Source: Leidyana gryllorum EB-2025a
Lineage: Eukaryota > Protista > Apicomplexa
Assembly: GCA_048772705.1 (NCBI GenBank)
Contig: JBLWGC010000208.1
Location: 186,001 to 250,000, forward strand
DNA length: 64,000 bases
Direction: 5' to 3'
Of the stretch, positions 58,908 through 64,000 are shown piece by piece. The notes under the pieces are model-generated. The model had not been told where the DNA came from. It was given only the letters and a program-made list of their open reading frames with translations, and ran no database searches. The translations under genes were made by a program, and so were the position numbers. Positions within the stretch are counted from its first letter, which is position 1; each line of letters opens with the position of its first letter.

Positions 58908-59672
58908 ATGAGGGGACAATGCTGCCAAGCCGCACGTGAAAATCGTCGCTCATCGCATTCCAATGCCTTCACGCTCACAGCCGTTCTGCAGTCTCTCGGA
59001 AGCAGCAGCTTGTCCGTGATTCAAGACGATGAGACAACCTCCGTTCAAACGTCTCCTTCAACACTAACGGCATGGGACAAGTTCAGGAACTCGTTCCGTA
59101 CTGGCAGGGCGCGGTCCTCATCGAAATTGAAGAAGCAATCGAGGAGCCTCTCCGCCTCCCAAGCATCTCTTGGCTGGGAAGAAGAGCCACTCATCCAGTC
59201 GCGCTCAAATAGTTTGACCAGGACCCCACCCCCACCGCCCCCACTAAGTAACAAGCCTTCGTACAGAGGGGCTCACCCTTTCGCACCGGTGGCTGAGACA
59301 GAAGCCGATGTCACTTTGGCAGCCAAGAATGATCCCATTGCAACAGCAGAAATAGAAAGTCAGTCGAATGGGGAGACCAAGGCGACAATCAGCCAGCCCA
59401 ACCAAATTTGTTCAGATGCTCAACTCGTCAGTCAGGACCTCCTCACCGAGCCACTCCTCACCAAGCCAACAGTCCCGACGACAGGAGAGCAGCAACAGGC
59501 GGAACAAATCTCGGGTGAAATGAGTGAGCAGCGGATCGCTCCCGCAGCCGCCGGGCAGGACGCCTCCTCATCCCAGGTTACAATGGTTCTCACTGAATTA
59601 CTAAAAGCTGCATGGACAGCCAAGCGGGCTGCCGCAGCTTCCCAGAATACTGTCAATACTCGGAAGAATTGA
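58908..59672 (+). CDS. Orphan island family member E (MRGQCC leader, lacks the helical domain)
   Basis: ATG at 58908. N-terminal similarity to member C. Confidence 0.75.
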   Translation: MRGQCCQAARENRRSSHSNAFTLTAVLQSLGSSSLSVIQDDETTSVQTSPSTLTAWDKFRNSFRTGRARSSSKLKKQSRSLSASQASLGWEEEPLIQSRSNSLTRTPPPPPPLSNKPSYRGAHPFAPVAETEADVTLAAKNDPIATAEIESQSNGETKATISQPNQICSDAQLVSQDLLTEPLLTKPTVPTTGEQQQAEQISGEMSEQRIAPAAAGQDASSSQVTMVLTELLKAAWTAKRAAAASQNTVNTRKN

Positions 59673-60408
59673 GTTGAAGGTGTCATTTTTTGATATCACA
59701 GCCTCAGCCGATGGTTCTTCTTGACTGTCGCGGATACACAACCGCGTCCAGTAACATTTGAAAAATCAACTCCATCGAAGGTGGGAGTAATCGATTGACC
59801 GGTCCCAAAACATCTTACCTCCCCAGCCGACGAGCGCAGATTAGTCAGAGCTTTGAACGGAACCCTAAAAGCGGTTGTCTAGATTCCCTCAAAAGTAGAT
59901 TTGGAAAGTACTGTTACCAAAAGCTGACACTCTCCGCATCAGCTCGTCCAGCAGGCGGCTGGCAGAAGTGCCTTCGCGAGGACAATCTGTGTGCCACGAG
60001 TGTTAAGAACTTAATGAAAAGCTTAACAAAGAAGAGAATCATTTCGACCATTGCCCTCGGATGAGTGATGTCCGTCTCACACCAATTACAGAAGAGAGAC
60101 GGCCCAGCTGCGATGGTCTCCACCGACAGATAGCTATGCTCAATTTCACTGATGAGGAGGAAAGTTTCACGCAACTTTGGTGGTGCGAATCTCATCTCGT
60201 TTTGTCAGGATTCCCAATTCAGCGAGACATGGCAGTCTGCGGTAGGATGGGTGCAGAAATGTGAGAGACTGCGACTGAGACCTGTCAGAATACTTCAGGG
60301 TGGCGTTACTGCCGCTCAATTGACACTTTAGGTGTGGGAGGCTGCCCCGAGTCCAAACACCGACATTGAATTGCGACATTGTCTTTTTTATCGCAATTTT
60401 CAACCCCG

Positions 60409-62610
60409 ATGAAGGTTCCCTGTTTGCTGAAGGAACATGGCGAGGTGCACGGGAGCCCAACCCATGGCATTTTGCTCCCAAGTGCCACTCTACTCGCCCA
60501 AATGTTCCATGTGGGGGCTGGCGATCAAGTCTACGGAGACGCGAGTACGTCTGAGGGACCCCCGCCGCTCTCGAAGGATCAATTTAGGATGCGTCAGCAG
60601 CACTTGAAACTATTTCCAGTCACCACAGGCCCAGCTTCCGATGGCAGCCGCCGCCCGCGTCGGCAATCAGCTTCATATGTTGAGGTGGTTGATATGATTC
60701 AACGAAGGTTCCGCAGCTCAACAAGTGTTAGTGATACGGGTCACAGATTTTACCCCACGGAGTCCAGAACGTCGTTGTATTCTCTCTACCCGGAGAGTCA
60801 GGACGACTTTCACTGTTCAGTGAGCTGCGCGGGGTCTCAGGTGGGTTACAACAGAGGTATCCTGCCGGCCGAGCAATTTGTAAACTTTGATGGAACTATC
60901 CTACGTACACGAGCGGTGTGTCGAAACATCTTCGAGTCCGCCGAAGACTGGGTCAAGTCGGTAAAGACAGACGTGAGACTGCTGACGAAGAAGCTCGAAG
61001 AAATCGGGCTGAACGACGCGGCGTATGCACGCGGCATTCGAGAATCGGACAAACGTGTCAACAACTTTTTACTCCGCAACGGTCAACTAGCGGACGCGAA
61101 CAGAATTATCCTGGAGAAACCTGGGTTCGCCCAATACAGGTGCACTCGGATTTTGCTCCACTACATCACTCAGATTATGGAGTCGCAACTTCACAACATG
61201 CTTTGTGGCTACGAAGGCCTGACAAACCTTCCCGTACCAGTCGAGGGTGTTGTGGTTTTACACCGGGGAATCACCCTGTGTTATCTCGTACAAAGTGTCA
61301 AGTCAGAAGACTGGAACGCGATATGGAAGCAAGCGACCAAACTGCAACACAAACTTGCTGCAGCGATGGGATCCACCGTGGAGGAAGTCCTCGGTCTGAC
61401 CAAAAGCTTCGGTGATGATGTTTATTCTGCCTATTGCTCGCTCAAGCAAGCGGCAGTCGATCTCGATACACAAAGTCCTCCTGGGCTACAGCAGCAGATG
61501 GCGGCGATCCAACCCTTCCCTGTTCCCCCCCCTCACCTATCGGCATTCGCCCGACAGCAGCGACCGCAATCCTATCAGCCAAGAAAGGTTCTGCAACCTC
61601 AACCCTCCAGAAAGGTCCTGCAACCTCAGCCGCCCAGAAAGGTCCTGCAACCTCAGCCGCCCAGAAAGGTCCTGCAACCTCAGCCGCCCCGCGTGCCACC
61701 AACAATCAATTCGCAGCCTCAAGCCGTGAGAAAGGCTCAGCCACCCCAGTGCCCTCCAAAGCCAACAACTACTATTCTGCAGCCTCAGGCGGTGAGAATG
61801 GCTCAGCCACCCCAGCACTCCCAAAAGCCAACAACTACTATTCTGCAGCTTCAGGCTGTTAGGGAGACTCAGTCATCCCCGCGGCCTCAAAAGCCTCCAA
61901 GAATTCCGCAGCAGCTTCAGGCTGTGAGGAAGACTCAGACGCTTCCGCGGCCTCAACAGCCAACAACAAACTCGCAGCAGCTTCAGGCTGTGAGGAAGAC
62001 TCAGACGCTTCCGCGGCCTCAACAGCCAACAACAAACTCGCAGCAGCTTCAGGCTGTGAGGAAGACTCAGACGCTTCAGCGGCTTCGAGAGCCAAGAAAT
62101 GAAGACAAGCCTCAACAAGATTCCCGCTCGAGTTTAGACCCTCGAGGCGCTTCCCGTACATCTGTATCAGAAGTTCCGACTCCGACGAGAAGCGAGAACC
62201 CACGCAACTCTGACGCCAACTCCCTTTACGGTTCCCTCTCCGCTCCCCCAGTTGCAGCAGCACCCCATCACCACCACGAGCCGATTTATTCCGGATGCTG
62301 CGCCGCCCCCCATTCGCAGCTCGCACCCACCTACCTCCATCCGCCTCAATACCCCGCTGTCACCCCTCTCCTTTCCTACACACAGTCCGCTTATGTACCA
62401 TTGCCACCCTTTCACCCGCATGGTGTCCCCCACCAGCATGGAAGCTGTTATGCGGCCCACTCACCAGCCACTCGACATCCTAATGGTGGCTGCTCGGTCA
62501 CTTACGAAGCCATCCCTGAGAGTCCACCCCCCCGTCGGTCGAAGTCGTCCAAAAAGGGACTTGTGTCGCGAGTCATGTCGGCCATTCGTAATAAACCACC
62601 CCGACGATGA
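60409..62610 (+). CDS. Orphan island family member F with Gln/Pro-rich repeats
   Basis: ATG at 60409. Leader, divergent copy of the second Trp motif, and repeat arrays. Confidence 0.75.
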   Translation: MKVPCLLKEHGEVHGSPTHGILLPSATLLAQMFHVGAGDQVYGDASTSEGPPPLSKDQFRMRQQHLKLFPVTTGPASDGSRRPRRQSASYVEVVDMIQRRFRSSTSVSDTGHRFYPTESRTSLYSLYPESQDDFHCSVSCAGSQVGYNRGILPAEQFVNFDGTILRTRAVCRNIFESAEDWVKSVKTDVRLLTKKLEEIGLNDAAYARGIRESDKRVNNFLLRNGQLADANRIILEKPGFAQYRCTRILLHYITQIMESQLHNMLCGYEGLTNLPVPVEGVVVLHRGITLCYLVQSVKSEDWNAIWKQATKLQHKLAAAMGSTVEEVLGLTKSFGDDVYSAYCSLKQAAVDLDTQSPPGLQQQMAAIQPFPVPPPHLSAFARQQRPQSYQPRKVLQPQPSRKVLQPQPPRKVLQPQPPRKVLQPQPPRVPPTINSQPQAVRKAQPPQCPPKPTTTILQPQAVRMAQPPQHSQKPTTTILQLQAVRETQSSPRPQKPPRIPQQLQAVRKTQTLPRPQQPTTNSQQLQAVRKTQTLPRPQQPTTNSQQLQAVRKTQTLQRLREPRNEDKPQQDSRSSLDPRGASRTSVSEVPTPTRSENPRNSDANSLYGSLSAPPVAAAPHHHHEPIYSGCCAAPHSQLAPTYLHPPQYPAVTPLLSYTQSAYVPLPPFHPHGVPHQHGSCYAAHSPATRHPNGGCSVTYEAIPESPPPRRSKSSKKGLVSRVMSAIRNKPPRR
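61579..62090 (+). repeat. Two coding arrays: 27-nt (PRKVLQPQP) x4 and about 66-nt (QQLQAVRKTQTLPRPQQPTTNS) x about 6
   Basis: Direct tandem copies. gctgtgaggaagactcag recurs at 66-nt spacing. Confidence 0.9.
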
Positions 62611-63268
62611 GTCGAGTCTGTTACGGGAAACCAGAGTTCCACGCGATGGATCACGAAGAGAAATCCCGTCGAGGCCCCCACACCAGAAGTCCCTGAACCT
62701 GAAGTCTCATCAGTCGTCTCACGGTGTGCGAAGTTTCGTCTGAGGGATCTCATTCCGACGTCGCTCGCAGGCTAAGACACTCCGGAGGAACAATTAGGTA
62801 GCCTCTGCAATGATGGAAGATATAGGCTCCAAAACATCTCATGTCAAACTTCAAAACGAGTCTCTCTGTGTGAATGTGTAGCAACAAATCCGGCCGCAGG
62901 GCTTGCGCCGCCGATAGATTTTTCTCCTTCACACAATGAAGAAGGCGTACTTACCACGGTTCCGAGACGGGTTCGGACGCGACAGGCCGGCCATGTGAGA
63001 AAAGGTCTGTGAGGTGATTAACGCCAGTGCGATGAATTAGTGGAGTGGGAGGTCCAACGGCGTGAGGGCATCACAAGATCATAGGCAGCTTCCTGAGTGA
63101 GTGTACGGTAGATGATGATGAGATAGGGATAGGTTGAGAGCGGGCGGGCGGGACTGTACGCCCCTCGGTCCAGATCCGGGAGAGAATTTGATTGGCACTA
63201 GTAATGATGGAGAAGTTCGCCATAGTCGGAGCGATAACGGAAAAATTACAGGACGCAGGGGAGCAATT

Positions 63269-64000
63269 CTAGTTCTTCTCGGAGAGGAAGGTGACGCCGG
63301 GCAGCTCTTTGCCTTCGAGGAGCTCCAAAGAAGCTCCACCACCAGTGGAGACATGAGAGATCTCGGATGCCTTGCCAGCGTTCTCAACCAAAGAAGCGGT
63401 ATCACCGCCACCAACGATTGAAACTGCACCAGCCTTGGTAGCCTCAATCACAGCGTCCAGGAAAGCAAGGGAGCCCTTGGCGAAGTTGGGGAACTCGAAA
63501 ACACCTTGGGGACCGTTCCAGCAGATGAGCTTGGATGACTTGATCATCTCAGCGGCCTTGGTGCGAGAGGCGGGACCGCAGTCAAGTCCTTGCCAGCCTT
63601 CTTCAATGCCCTCAGCATCAGTGACAGTCTTAAATTTAGCGTCTGGGTTAAAGTCATCAGCGACGATGAAGTCAGACGGGAAGAGCAGCTCAACGTTCTT
63701 GGCCTTGGCCTTCTCGATGAGCTTCGGGACGATCTCAGCACCCTCCTTGTCGAACAAAGAGTTACCGATGGCCATGTTGTCCATCACCTTCTTGAAAGTG
63801 TAGGCCATACCACCGCCGATGATCATCCGATCGACCTTGTCGAGCAAGTTCTCGATGAGCTGGATCTTGTCCTTGACCTTGGCTCCACCGAGGATGGCCA
63901 AGAAGGGACGAGGAGGGTTCTCCAGAGCCTTGCCGAAGTACTCCAGCTCCTTCTGCATCAGCAAACCAGCAGCCTTGACGGGTAATTCAACTCCCACCAT
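63269..64000 (-). CDS. PGK: Phosphoglycerate kinase, C-terminal part (5' end beyond the window)
   Basis: [46 protein letters not shown] and [16 protein letters not shown]. Confidence 0.98.
   Translation of the reverse strand: MVGVELPVKAAGLLMQKELEYFGKALENPPRPFLAILGGAKVKDKIQLIENLLDKVDRMIIGGGMAYTFKKVMDNMAIGNSLFDKEGAEIVPKLIEKAKAKNVELLFPSDFIVADDFNPDAKFKTVTDAEGIEEGWQGLDCGPASRTKAAEMIKSSKLICWNGPQGVFEFPNFAKGSLAFLDAVIEATKAGAVSIVGGGDTASLVENAGKASEISHVSTGGGASLELLEGKELPGVTFLSEKN

Noticed and set aside
59700-60400. ncRNA or mobile element in the long island spacers (also 49700-50700)
   Set aside because: No recognisable tRNA/snRNA motifs, terminal repeats or transposase fragments by eye. An Infernal/Rfam search would be needed to exclude them.

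Overview
Gene-dense eukaryotic protist DNA with short GT-AG introns (mostly about 39-49 nt) and very small intergenic spacers. The gene complement (PDK1-like and long-insert MAPK kinases, membrane-anchored cathepsin L, centrin, type II LOG, His-rich secreted proteins) suggests an apicomplexan, possibly a gregarine; this assignment is inference. Positions 1-39 kb are mostly housekeeping genes: two Ser/Thr kinases, URM1, a C2 protein, HMCES/SRAP with a PIP box, two tandem nucleotide-sugar transporters, a BET-like bromodomain protein, LOG, cathepsin L, a Spinster MFS transporter, centrin, MAPK, SNU13 and a PhoD-like protein. Positions 39-63 kb look accessory. They hold three tandem, intronless, secreted BBE/AA7-type flavin oxidoreductases (42.2-47.1 kb) and a head-to-tail island of six divergent orphan paralogues (50.7-62.6 kb). 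The island genes share a non-canonical N-terminal leader and, in five of the six, a Trp-patterned helical motif that I do not recognise; this is the best candidate for an undescribed system, possibly an effector family. The window ends inside PGK. Several ORFs in the track are joined here by manually inferred introns. No rRNA, tRNA, CRISPR or transposon could be supported.
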